The translations under genes were made by a program, and so were the position numbers. This document shows, one piece after another, positions 40,225 through 52,890 of a DNA stretch of 64,000 nt. A model generated the notes under the pieces. It saw only the letters and a program-made list of their open reading frames with translations. It had not been told where the DNA came from and did no database searches. The first letter of the stretch is position 1. Each line of letters opens with the position of its first letter. Source of the DNA: Chiloscyllium plagiosum (taxonomy: Eukaryota); NCBI RefSeq assembly GCF_004010195.1, contig NC_057718.1, forward strand, positions 72,530,626 through 72,594,625, written 5' to 3'.

Positions 40225-40397
40225 GGTACAGACAGCTGGGATCATTACAAAGAGTGGTGAACTCGGCCCGGACAATCACAAAGGATAACCTCCCATCTAT
40301 AGAATTCATCTACCAGTCCCACTGTCAAGGAAAGGCCGCCAGCATTCTAAAAGATCCATCCCACCCTGGCAATGTTTTTCTACAACCTCTACCATCA
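40225..40397 (+). mobile_element. Rex1/Babar-like LINE C-terminal fragment
   Basis: LQRVVNSARTIT..LPSIEFIY..C..KAASILKDPSHPG..LQPLPS. Confidence 0.7.
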
Positions 40398-40409
40398 ATG
40401 GAGTCATGA

Positions 40410-40562
40410 CTCACCTTCTCTCAGCCTAGTATAAATACCTCCCTATTTCTCCCTTTTTTTTTTAGCTTTGACAAAGGATCAGTTAGACTCGAAACGTCAG
40501 CTCTTTTCTCTCCTTTCAGATGCTGTCAGATCTGCTGAGATTTTCCAACTTTTTCTCTTTTA
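40410..40562 (+). mobile_element. PLE terminal fragment with degenerate hammerhead (40464-40502)
   Basis: AGCT-TTGACAA-AGGATC agtta GACTC-GAAAC-GTC-AGCT then cagatgctg tail. Confidence 0.7.
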
Positions 40563-41104
40563 GATCACATGGGATCCGGGGGAGCTAGCCAATTGGATAC
40601 AAGATTGGCTTGAAAGTAGGAGTCTGAGGGTGGTGGTAGAGGGTTGCTTTTTGGACTGGAGGCCTGTGACCAGCCTTGTGTGCTGCAAGGATCAGTGCCT
40701 TGCCACTGCTTTTCATCATTTATATAAATGATTTGGATGTGAATAGCCAAGGTCTTTTTCTGAGGGCGGGGAATCCAAAACTACAGGGCATAGGTTGAAG
40801 GTGAGAGGGCAAAGACTTAAAAAGAATATTTACGGCAACGTTTTCACATGCACGTATGAAATGAGCTGCCAGAGGAAATGGTGAATGTGGGTACAATTAC
40901 AACATTTTAAAAGGCATTCGGATGGGTGTATGAACAGCAAGTGTTTGTTTTTACAAAGAGCGTGGCTAGTGTATGGAATGAATTGCCGGGGAAGCGGTGG
41001 ATGCAGGTACAGTTACAACTTTAAGGACATTACAAACATGAATAGGAAGGGTTCACAGGGAAATAGATCAAATACTGGCAAATGAGACTAGGTCAGGTCG
41101 GGAT

Positions 41105-41378
41105 AGAACATAGAACATAGAAGAATACAGCGCAGTACAGGCCCTTTGGCCCTCGATGTTGCGCCGATCCAAGCCCACCTAACCTACACTAGCCCACTAT
41201 CCTCCATATGCCTATCCAATGCACGTTTAAATGCCCATAATGAAGGAGAGTCCACCACTGCTACTGGCAGGGCATGAACTCACGACTCGCTGAGTAAAGA
41301 ATCTACCCCTAACATCTGTCCTATACCTACCCCCCCTTAATTTAAAGCTATGCCCCCTTAATTTAAAGCTATGCCCCC
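41105..41378 (-). mobile_element. Young CR1 3' end, same subfamily as copy C
   Basis: Reverse complement of about 10512-10766, with catagaa tail. Confidence 0.85.
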
Positions 41379-41499
41379 TTGCCTGGTCGCCATGAAGGAG
41401 GTGGACCAAAGGGTCTGTTTCCACGATCTGCGATGGCAGGATTCAAAACCAGGGCCCCCAGAACATTAGCTGAATTTCTAGAATGATGATAGCATCCCC

Positions 41500-43585
41500 T
41501 CTCCTTGAATTAGTATTTCACATCTGTCTTTACTCAGAAAAAGGAAGATGCAAGTACAGAATTCAAGAATATTTTACTGTAAAGTTCTTGAGCAAAATGA
41601 TACAAGAAGAATGGAGGTTTTGACTGATAGAAAAGCAGACAAATCTCTAGGACTGGACAAATCATATCCCAGGCTGCTGGAGATGAGAGAGGAAATTACA
41701 ACAGCCCAGACCTAAATTTTTAAAGCATCTCTAACCATAGCAGAGGTGCCAGCGAACTGGAGGACAACTATTGTAGTTCCACTTTACAAGAAGGGTGGTA
41801 GAGACAGATTAAACGAACTAAAGACCAGAGAGTCTAACATCAGTGGTAGGGAAATTATTGGAGAAAATAGAGAAGGAGAAAATTAAGGAACTTAATTTTT
41901 CTTTTTGGAGGTATCACAAGTTCTTGGAATCTTTCCTAACTGCTCTCATCTTCTCCTTTAAAGCAGGTTTGTCTGTAGAGTTTTGCTCAATGTAGTACTA
42001 AACAAAGGGAACCTTTGGACCAATGCCAAAGGACCTAATGAGCCCATGCATAAGACATGGGGTGGCACGGTGGCACAGTGGTTAGCACTGCTGCCCCTCA
42101 GCGCCAGAGACCCGGGTTCAATTCCCACCTCAGGCGGCTGTCTGTGTGGAGTTTGCACATTCTCCCCGTGTCTCCGCTTTCCTCCCACAGTCCAAAAATG
42201 TGTAGGTTACATGAATTGGCCATGCTAAGTTGCCCATAGTGTTAGGTGAAGGGGTAAATGTAGGGGAATGGGTCTGGGTGGGTTGCTCTTCGGAAGATCG
42301 GTGTGGACTTGTTGGGCCGAAGGGCCTGTTTCCACACTGTGGATAATCTTAAAAAAAAAATGCAAGGTTTGATCAGGAACAGTCAGCATGGCTTTGTCAG
42401 AGGCATGTCATGCCTAACAAATCTGGTAGAGTTTTACGAGGAGGTAACGAAGTGTATGGATGAGGGTAGGGCAGTTGGGACAAATTTCATGAGTTTCATC
42501 CAGGCCTTTGACGAGGTCCCACATGGGAAACTGATACCGAAGGTAAAAGCTTTAGGGATATAGAATAACTTGGCAAGTTGGATCCAAAATTGGCTTAGAT
42601 AGAAAGTGGTAGTAAAAGGCTGGTTGTGTCACTGGAACCTGATCTGCAGCAGTGTATCACAGAGATCAATGCTAGGTTCCTTTTTGATTGTGGTAATCAT
42701 AAATGATGTAGATGAGGGTTTGGGCAGGGTACGTAAGTTTGGAGATGGCACAAAGATTGGCTGAGTAGTTGACAGTGAGAGAAGGCTGCAGGAGGATAAA
42801 AATGGATTCGCTAGATGGGCAGGTAGGTGGCAGATGTAATTTAATCCTGATAAATCTGAGGTAATGCACTTTGTAAATAAGGGACAAGACAAGGCAATCC
42901 AACAAATGGCAGGATAGGATGCTGAGACAAATAGAGGAATTTTAGGGTTCTTGTCTATTGATCCTTGAAGATGGCAATACAGGTTAACAGAGCAGTTACA
43001 AAAGCATACATAGTGCTTGCCGTTATGAATCATGACATAAATTGTGTTGGAGCTATACAAAACCTTAGTTAGAGAATAGCTGGAGTCCTGTGTGCAGTTC
43101 TGGTCACCACATTGTATGTGATTGCACTGGAGGAGGTGTAAAGGAGATTTACCAGCATGTTGCCAGGGATGTAGTATTTTAGCTGTGAAGACAGGCTGGA
43201 TAAGCTCAAAATGTGTTCTTTGGAGTAGAGAATGTTGAGTTGGGGACCTATTAAGGAGTATAAAGTCATGAGAATCATGGACAAGGTAAACAAAAAAGAA
43301 CTGTTCCTCTTAGCTGAAGAAACAATAAAAAGGGGCCATAATTTTGAAGTGGAAGGCAGAAGATTTAGATGGAATTTGAGGAAAAGCATTTTCACACAGG
43401 GTACTACATGAAAAGGCAGTAGAGGCAGAAAACCTCTCAACTTTTAAAACGTATTTGGCTGAGTATTTGAAGTGTCATAACATTTAAGGGCCTAATGCAA
43501 GGAACTGGACGAGTATAGGTCAGAGTATATTTTTGCCAGCAAAGACATGGTGGGCTGAACAGCCTCTTGTGTACTGCATGATTCT
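41500..43585 (+). mobile_element. Decayed CR1 ORF2/3' UTR interrupted by SINE and a templated insertion
   Basis: EVPANWRT, QHGFVRGMSCLTNLVEFYEEVTK, CVQFWSPH. Confidence 0.8.
42059..42350 (+). mobile_element. HE1 V-SINE
   Basis: A/B boxes, V-domain, 3' tail. Confidence 0.9.
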
Positions 43586-44199
43586 TGTTGCAGGCAACTG
43601 ATGTAATGGTAACTGTGTCATACCTCCAAGTTCGATATCACTGACAAGTTTAATTTGCCAATTTTTTAAATGGTCATTCTTTGCTCATTTTGCTTTTGAT
43701 TCCCATTTGACTCCCATGATTTTCATACTCTTCTAGATTTTCAGTTGCATTGATCCTTTGGCATTGGTCCCTTTGTTTAGTACTACATTGAGCAAAACTT
43801 TACAGACAAAACCTGCTTTAAAGGAGAAGATGAGAGCAGTTAGGAGAAATTCCAAGAACTTGTGATACCTCCAAAAAGAAAAACTGCAGTTCCTTGAAAC
43901 AAATACATGTACCCAAATTGAAAGACCTTTAAAGACTGATGAGAGGAAACATAGCAAGCAATACTAAACAAGTTGTCTGGTGTTAGGCTCACGGTAACTG
44001 TCAATTCATATCTCGGCACTCCCTCGCCCTCACCCTGTGCACTTCAGAACCACCACCACTTGACCTCCAACAAGACAGTTTTACAAACCAGACTTCAGAT
44101 TCTAAAAAGCAGCAAGAGTAACAAGATGCATCAGAATAACGCAATCTGGGGCAGAGTCACAACCATGTCCAAAGTCACAATCTGTTGTAAAAAACGATA

Positions 44200-45060
44200 A
44201 ATAGAGTCATAGAGACGTACAGCACAGAAACAGATCCTTTGGTCCAATTTGTCCATGCCAACCATATATCCTAAGTTAACCTAATCCTATTAGGGGCGGC
44301 ACGGTGGCACAGTGGTTAGCACTGCTGCCTCACAGCGCCAGAGACCCGGGTTCAATTCCCGCCTCAGGCGACTGACTGTGTGGAGTTTGCACGTTCTCCC
44401 CGTGTCTGCGTGGGTTTCCTCCGGGTGCTCCGGTTTCCTCCCACAGTCACAAAGATGTGCAGGGTCAGGTGAATTGGCCATACTAAATTGCCCGTAGTGT
44501 TAGATAAGGGGTAAATGTAGAGGTATGGGTGGGTTTCGCTTCGGCGGGTCGGTGTGGACTTGTTGGGCCGAAGGGCCTGTTTCCACACTGTAATCTAATC
44601 TAATCTAATCTAATCTAATATTAGCCAGCATTTGGCTCATATCTCTCTAAATTTTGCCTATTCATGTACCATCCAGATGCCTTTTAAATGTTGTAATTGT
44701 ACCAGCCTCCACCATTTCTTCAGGCAGCTCATTCCATACACACACTACCCTCTGTATGAAAAAGATGCCACTTAGGTCCCTTTCAAATCTTTCCCCCCTC
44801 AACTTCAAACCCCACACCCAGGGAAAAGATCTTGTCTATTTATCCCATCCATGCCCCTCATGATTTTATAAACCTCTATAATGTCACCTCTCAGCTTCTG
44901 ATGCTCCAGGGAAATCAGCCGCAGCCTATTCAGCCTCTCCCCATAGCTCAAATCCTTTAACCCTGGCAACATTCTTGTAACATTTTCTGCACCCTTTCAA
45001 GTTTCACAATTTCATTTCTATAGCAGGGAGACCAGATCTAAATGTATTCCTAATGTGGCT
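44200..45060 (-). mobile_element. HER1/CR1 3' fragment with nested SINE
   Basis: agagtcatagag 3' end; RT C-terminal remnants. Confidence 0.78.
44293..44618 (+). mobile_element. HE1 V-SINE, full length, young
   Basis: (TAATC)n tail; TSD tattag. Confidence 0.92.
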
Positions 45061-45515
45061 ATTTTTTACTCATCTTAAACTGCCCTTGAGAAGATTCTTT
45101 CTTGCTTTCTTTATTATGAGGGCTTCTTAGGCAACATCAGAGAGCAGTTAAAAGTCAACTGCAATGCTCCAAGAGTTGAATCACATAAATAAGAAAACCA
45201 AATAAGATTTACTTCGCTAAAGGAACTGAATTTAAATTCCTAGCCGTGGTGGGATTTGAGCTCAGTCTGATCACTAAGTTGGTCCTTGTACCACTAGTTC
45301 ATTAAATTCAGAATGATGCTATCATATATATAAAAAACTCAGATACATAGGTTTGCATCACCACTTAAAAACAAAGCTGATGCACGTGAACCAGCTTAAA
45401 ACTCTATCTTCGCATAGATTTAGTCAGAATGGACAAAAATGAAAAACTGCATCAAATAAATTGATCTGTATGGTACAAATTGTAAACTGTATATAGTACA
45501 CTTAAAGCACATTAC

Positions 45516-45571
45516 CTTTGGATATACGCATAGAAAAACTGCAACATACAAACTTCTTCTGGAACTTGCTT
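45516..45571 (-). CDS. DOP1A: DOP1A coding exon (56 nt, phase 0/2)
   Basis: ttttatgtttcag|AAG...CAA AG|gtaatg; KQVPEEVCMLQFFYAYIQ(R). Confidence 0.93.
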
Positions 45572-45934
45572 CTGAAACATAAAACAGATACAAGGCAAAT
45601 TGCTTAACTATATGTAGAATTTTCTTGCAATTTAGTTAATAAGTAGCCGTTAGTCATTGGCTGCCACATGCCTTCACTATATATTTTTCTTTAATTATAG
45701 GACTGAAGCAGTCCATGGCCAAATGTAGCAAGACCTGGACAATATCCAGGCTGAAAAGTGACAAGTAACATTTGCACCACACAAATGCCAGGCAGTGACC
45801 ATCTCCTTAGAGGCAATCTAACCATTATCTCTTGACATTCAATGATGCTTTCATCGCTGAATTCCCCAGCATCCTGTGATTGTTATTGACCAGAAAGTGA
45901 ACTGGACTAATCACATAAATAAAAGGTCATAGCT

Positions 45935-46150
45935 CCACAGTTACCATAGTCCCTGAGGACCATAGGGTTGTTCTCTTATTACAAAATGATGACTGGTTAA
46001 CCTGGAAGGTCATCACACCTCAAGCAAATGGAAAAGGTGAGAAGGCAGACCTTCATGGTAACCTCTGCCAGTGTGGGAGTTGACCCTGCACAGTTGGTGT
46101 CATTCTGCATCTGTCAACCAGTTGTCTAGCCAATTGAGCTAACTAAACCC
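45935..46150 (-). mobile_element. Second tRNA-derived SINE family (non-HE1)
   Basis: Minus strand GGGTTTAGTTAGCTCAATTGG (A box)...GGGTCAACTCCC (B box). Confidence 0.6.
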
Positions 46151-46626
46151 AACAGCCACATCAATACAGTTGCTACAAGAACAGGTCAGAGGCTAGGAAA
46201 ATTGCAACAAGTAACTCACTTCTTCACTTCCCAAAGCCTGTCTATCATCTACAAGGCGCAAGTTAGGTGAATACTCCCCAGCAGCCTGGATGAGTGCAGT
46301 TTAAACAACACTCAAGAAGCTTGACACTATTCAAGACAAAGCAGTCCACTCTGTTAGCAATGCATCTACAAATACCCATTCTCTGCCCCACCGAAGTTCA
46401 GGAGCAGCATTGTGTACCATCTACAAGATGTACCATAGAAATTCATTAAAGATTCTTACGCAGCACTGTCCAAACCCATGGTAACCACAGTAAATACACA
46501 GGGCAACAGATACATGGGAACATCACCACTTGCAAATTCCACCCCATGCCCTCACCATCCTGTCTTGGAAATACAATGCCACTCTTTCAGTGTCATTAGC
46601 TCAAAACTTGGCCAATGTGCCACCGT

Positions 46627-46941
46627 GGGCGTCACGGTGGCACAGTGGTTAGCACTGCTGCCTCACAGCGCCAGAGACCCGGGTTCAATTCCCGCCTCAG
46701 GCGACTGACAGTGTGGAGTTTGCATGTTCTCCCCGTGTCTGCGTGGGTTTCCTCCGAGTGCTCCGGTTTTCTCCCACAGTCCAAAGATGTGCGGGTCAGG
46801 TGAATTGGCCATGCTAAATTGCCCATAGTGTTAGGTAAGGGGTAAATGTAGGGGTATGGGTGGGTTGTGCTTCGGCGGGGCGGTGTGGACTTGTTGGGCC
46901 GAAGGGCCTGTTTCCACACTAAGTATCTAATCTAATCTAAT
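46627..46941 (+). mobile_element. HE1 V-SINE with inverted 5' duplication
   Basis: Full body plus tctaa tail; 46612-46627 is an inverted copy of 46633-46648. Confidence 0.9.
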
Positions 46942-48007
46942 TTAAAAAAACTCCTGGAATTCCGTCCTGAATGGCATTGTAGGTCCACATATAGCAAATA
47001 ATCTATTCCACCCAAGGAAACAAAGCTTATTCCAATGGTATTCCTTCATCCAAAACTTACATACCACCCTGAAAGATCCTACCAAAAAAAATTAAGGACC
47101 ACTACTAGGAGCTAAACTGGGAAATTACTGCTAATATACACATTAAGAAGCGCACAAAATAAGCTGGAAAATACTACAGATGCGGGAAATATTAAATTAA
47201 AGCCTAAACTATTTGGCAGGTCAGGTAGTACCTGTGGATAGAGATAAACAATTAACCAGTTGGAGCATATGTCCCACCAAGACTGGCATCGAAGCTGGGA
47301 AGAGACTAAAATTAGTCTCCTCAGTTGGTTTGTTGGTTCTGTCCAACCTCTGCGTGATTTCTGAAGTAAAAAGGGAAGGGGTGATAGGGAAGGGTTAACT
47401 GCCTGCATGCAGGTAGCTCATTAATAACTGCTGAAGGCCAATTAAATGTTGTAGGAGATACTGGTTTAGATGCCTGGAATTCACAGAAGCACCACTTCAG
47501 ATAGGCGAAGATCATGCCCTTTCTGTCTTGATGCAAAAGCAGCTAGAGGTTGCATTCAGGGGTGGCCTCATTACAAAAGTAATGTTTAAAAGGGATTTTA
47601 AGAAGTTACAAATTGAGAGCTTCCATTTTGAAGTACTATTTCTCTTTCATATGGTTATTGCTCCTAACAGGGTTGAGAAGATCTCCAGCATTATGAGTCT
47701 GCCTCCCACATTTAGTTAGACAGTAAGCAGTCACTAGAACCCTGTAGACATCACAATCAGTGTTTCCTCCTGGGGGCTGCAATGGGATGAATTCCATAGG
47801 AAGTTACTATTTCCCATCCTAGAAGCATTGTAACAGTGATCATGTGACCCATTCAAGTCACAAAGGCTCTCTTCCAGAGCAATCCAGTCAGTCTTATTCC
47901 CTTGTTCTATCTTTATGGATATGTTTCTCTCAAATGTCCATCCAATTTCCTTTTAAAAATCATTGCTCATCTCCACTTCCATTATCTTTGCAGACAACAG
48001 GTCAATT

Positions 48008-49381
48008 AGTGGTGGGCAGGTTGTTGGAGGGAATCCTGAGGGACAGGATTTACGTGTATTTAGAAAGGCAAGGACTGATTAAGGATAGTCAACATAGCTT
48101 TGTGCATGGGAAATCATGTCTCGCTAACTTGATTCAGTTTTTTTTAAAGAATCAGGAGTTGTATGAATAGTAACAAAGAGGACTGATGAGGGAACAGCGG
48201 TGGATGCAATCTATATGGACTTCAGTAAGGCGTTTGACAAGGTTCCTCGTGGTAGACTGGTTAGCAAGGTTAGATCACATGAATACAGAGACAACTAGCC
48301 ATTTGGATACAGAACAGGCTCAAAGGTAGAAGACTGAGGGTGGTGACGGAGGATCACTTTTCAGACTGGAGGCCTGTGACCAGTGGAGTGCCACAAGGCT
48401 CAGTGCTAGGTCCAATGCTTTTCATCATTTATATGAACGATTTGGATGTGAACATAGGAGGTATAGCTAGTAAGTTTGCAGATCACACCAATATTGGAGA
48501 TGTAAAGGATAGTGAAGAGGGTTTCCTCAGAATGCAACGGGATCTTGATCAGATGGGCCAATGAGCTGAGGAGGGGTAGATGGAGTTTTATTTAGATAAA
48601 TGTGAGGTGCTGCAGTTTAGAAAGGCTATTCAGGGCAGGACTTATACACTTAATGGTAAGGTCCTGGGGAGTATTGCTGAATAAAGAGACCTTGGAGAGC
48701 AGGTTCATAGTGCCTTGAAAGTGGAGTCGCAGGTAGATAGGATAGGGAAAGCGTCATTTGGTATGCGTGCTCTTATTGGTCAGTGCACTGAGTAAAGGGG
48801 TTGTGGCTGTACAGAGCATTGGTTGGGCCACTTATGGAATAGTGTGTGTAATTCTGGTCTCTTTGCTATTAGAAGGATATTATGAAACATGAAAGGGATC
48901 AGTAAATATTTACAAGGATTTTGCCAGGATTGGAGGGTTTGAGCTAAAGGATGAGGCTGAGTAGGCTGATGCTGTTTTCTCTGGAGCGTGGAGACTGACG
49001 GGTGACCTTATAGAGGGTTATGAAATCATGAGGTGCATGAATAGGGTAAACAGACAAGGCTTTTTCCCTGGGGTGAGGGAGAGCAGAAGTAAGGAGCATA
49101 GGTTTAGGGTGAGAGGAGAAGGATTTAAAAGATCCCTAAGGGGCAACATTTTCATGTAGAGGATAGTGTGTGCGTATGGAATGAGCTGCCAGAGGAAGTG
49201 ATGGAGGCTGGTACAAATATAACATTTAAAAGACATCTGGATGGATATACGAATAAGAAGGGCTTACAGGGATATGGGCCAAGTGCTGGCATATGTGACT
49301 AGATTAATTTAGGCTATCTGGTCAGCATGGATGCGTTGGACCGAAGGGTCTGTTTTGTGCTGTACATCTCTGTGACTCTAT
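48008..49381 (+). mobile_element. HER1/CR1 RT + 3' UTR, 5'-truncated
   Basis: [24 protein letters not shown]...KFADHT; tail ctctgtgactcta. Confidence 0.85.
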
Positions 49382-49908
49382 TAGCACTCACTGAAACAAA
49401 AACACTCTTCTTCACATTCCTCCTGCATCACTTCCCCAAGATCTTAAAACTGTGTCACTAATCCTTATACCATCAGCTAACTGGAATAGTTTTTCTTTGG
49501 CAGGTCTAAATGAAAGAAACAAAGGCGGGCACACGAGTATTAAATCTCCCCTAAATATTTGTTCCAAGTAGATCAACCACAGGATTCCAACTGAACCACG
49601 TTTTTAAAATCCCTCATTCCTTGGACTATTCTTTCATAATGCTCCTTGGGTGCTGCCTGACCGGCTGTGCTTTTCCAGCACCACCACTTTTTGAAGGCGA
49701 ATATAGAAGCTGATCAGTGGCAAATGGAATTCAATCTGGATAATTGTGAGGGGATGCACTTGGGCGAGACAAACATGGCAAGGGAATACATGACCAACAG
49801 CAAAATCCTGAGAAGCACCGAGGATCAGAGGGACCACAACTAGATGAAGTGGTTAAGGTGGCAGATGGGAGTTCTGTGTGGTTCTGGAATCCACATTATA
49901 GAACAGAT

Positions 49909-51755
49909 GTGGTTGGAAGTTTATTTGCTGAGTTGGTAGATTTGTTCTCAGACATTTCTCAGAAAAAGAACCAGAAGAGATATCACCCACCACAATAGCC
50001 CAAGACACATAAATAGAAAGCAGGATAGAAAACCAGCGCTTTATCAGAGGCTCACTGATGACATTACCTAGCATGGTGAAGAAACATCCGAGAACAAATC
50101 TACCAGATCAGTAAGCAAACTTACAACCACATCTGTTCTACAATGTGGATTCCAGAACGACACAGAACTCCCATTTGCCACCTTAACCACTTCATCCAGT
50201 TGTGGTCCCTCTGATCCTCGGTGCTTCAATCTGTGCTACAAATCTTATTTAAAATCACAAACTCTTATGGGCGCAATATGCTCAAATTAGCCCAAAGATG
50301 GGAAACCAATACCATCTGACTGAGTGCCACCTACCAACAACTGTGCTTCCTACACAAATGCCTCAGGAAACAGGTACTACCACGATGTATCAAATACAAA
50401 CCATCTCTCAACTCGCCACAATCTAGAAGAACATCAGAACAGAATGGCTGCAGGATGCTACAATAAATGATGAATGATAACCACAATCAACTCCACAAAT
50501 GAACCAGGGATTTGATGCCAAATAACTCTGTACTCTAATGCAGCTGGCCATGAAAGGACAAGTATGTTAAAACCCCACGAGCCATCAACACTAAACGACA
50601 GCCAAACTCTCAATACACGGACAATTCAGAAACTTGGATAAAGAATGTGTCAGACTGACCACTCTCAGACACGGAAAAACCTGTCTTAGTACAAGGGATG
50701 AATTTCAACCACATGGACAAAAAGGACTTCCTAGCAGCACTGGAATCCACCCTGAAAGACAATGGACTTACGGATGAAATCCAGCAGGCCATAAGACAGA
50801 CAATAGCACTAACACTAAGCACAAAGAAAAAGGTGAACACACTGGAAAACTCTGGAAGGAGTCAGAAAAGACAGAAATATCATAATCCTAGCAGCAGGCA
50901 AAGGATGCATGACCATCATCCTGAAAGAACAAAGATTGAAAAAGCAAAAACACTACTCGCAGACACTGACAGATGGCGATGGACCTGACTCCATGGTTAG
51001 AAAAGCATATTATAGCAAACCCTGAGGAAACCTCACAAAATAGGTGAAATTAACAAGACAGACCTCCAAAGAATGAAACCTGAAGGATCCAACACACCCA
51101 GTTTCTACAAATTACCCCACTTGCTGCCCCACCCCCCCACACCCCCCAAGACCTGTAGCCTCATTTCCTAGTGCACCGACATACAGACTAGCAAAGGAAC
51201 TGCAATGCAAACTGAAACACCTAGTAAAAGACTCAAGCCATTCCACCCAGGAATTCCTTGACATCACCAAAGACACCAAGGTGTCTTTGTGAAGACCTGA
51301 TTCACATTAATAAACATCACTATAGCCAAAGAAACACAAGGACACAAACACCTGAGAGTACCAACTCCATCAGCAAGGACAGCATCTCAAATTAGTAGAC
51401 CTGTGCCTTACAACTCATTCCACCTTCAACGACAAGACCTACAAACAAATCAATGGAACACCCATGGGAATCACCAATATCAGGACTCTTATCAGAAGCA
51501 GTTATGCAGAGATTAGAATGAATAGCCCTTCCCATGATCCAGCCCATGCTTTGGATCCACTACATGGATGACACCTTTGTCATCACGAAGCGCAATAAAT
51601 TAGAAGAAATTCACAAACACATAAACAACATCCTTACTGGTATAAAGTTTACCAAAGAGGAAGAGGACAACAGACTCCTCTTCCTAGATGTCACAGCAGA
51701 ATGAAAAGCCAATAGAGAGCTGTAGACCAGCGTCTGCAGGAAAGCCACTGTCTCA
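49909..51755 (+). mobile_element. Penelope-like (Poseidon-type) element: terminal repeat with hammerhead, decayed ORF with RT
   Basis: FLHKCLRKQVLP N-terminus, GMNFN, TYKQINGTPMG, WIHYMDDTFV (YMDD at 51561-51572), FLDV; hammerhead-like motif at 50051-50092. Confidence 0.88.
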
Positions 51756-52395
51756 CACAGTCCTACAGATACACACACTCCTACAGACTCATAACACTCA
51801 TGTAGACCCTCTCTCATACACAAGGTCTCTCTCATACGCTCACACACACACACTCCCACACTCCCTCTCACAGGCTTATACCCCTTTAGACTCACTCCTA
51901 ACACCCCACCCCCATGCGCACGCACACACATGCACACACGTTTGTGGGGTGAATTTGTATGTGCAGAATTACATTTTATTTTGCTCAAAAAAAACTGCAT
52001 GAATCCATTCTGTAAATCTATTTTTTTAAGATTAGAATCAGCCTGAACATTGTAGCACAGACAGTCTCACACAGGGCAGCTCTTAATGCGTTATCTGAGA
52101 CGACATGACAATGATTGTTAAGTTCACTTGAGAATGTAACTTTAAAAAGTTCTGCGATTTATATATGAAAGAACTGAAACCAACATGTTCATTCTAAAAA
52201 ACGAGACTCTTAAACAAACCAGATCTTTTTCAATATAAAATTTCAGTCACATCAGACTATAAGCTTTTGCTATAAATTATGTGTCTTATGATTTTATACT
52301 CCAAAACCATCTGATGTAGGAGCAGCGCTTCGAAAGCTAGTGCTTTTAAATAAACCTGTTGGACTATAACCTGGTGTTGTGTGATTTCTAACTTC
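51756..52395 (+). mobile_element. Second PLE family 3' part (CA-rich spacer, hammerhead-bearing end)
   Basis: CAT-CTGATGT-A-GGAGC agc GCTTC-GAAA-GCTA-GTG at 52308-52342, then aataaacctgttggactataacctggtg. Confidence 0.75.
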
Positions 52396-52577
52396 GTGAA
52401 ATGCAGTGACCAGAACTGGATACATTTTAGTTGTGACATAACTAGAGCTTTATCAAGTTCAATATAATTTTTCTTTTATACTGAATGAATCTATTTACAA
52501 TATCTTAGATCTACTGTCCGATTTGCTTTGCAAACAATTCTCTTCCTTGCCACCTTCAAAGATCCAAGCCCATTTTT

Positions 52578-52890
52578 ATTACAGATTAGATTACAGATTA
52601 CATTACAGTGTGGAAACAGGCCCTTCGGCCCAACAAGTCCACACCGCCCCGCCGAAGCGTAACCCCTACCTTTACCCCTTACCTAACACTACGGGCAATT
52701 TAGCATGGCCAATTCACCTGACCTGTACATCTTTGGACTGTGGGAGGAAACCGGAGCACCCGGAGGAAACCCACACAGACACGGGGAGAATGTGAAAACT
52801 CCACACAGTCAGTCGCCTGAGGCGGGAATTGAACCCGGGTCTCCGGCGCTGTGAGGCAGCAGTGCTAACCACTGTGCCACCGTGCCGCCC
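52578..52890 (-). mobile_element. HE1 V-SINE, young
   Basis: Reverse complement of the consensus-like copies. Confidence 0.92.

Larger units (their letters stand above)
45700..47000 (+). mobile_element. L2/CR1-clade LINE 3' part (probably same family as 39480) with two nested SINEs
   Basis: QDLDNIQA..QVTFAPHKCQAVTIS, SLSIIYKAQVR, KKLDTIQDKA. Confidence 0.7.

Noticed and set aside
43936..43950. CTGATGA-GAG-GAAAC as a hammerhead
   Set aside because: No stem II or stem I pairing and no PLE tail context; probably chance.
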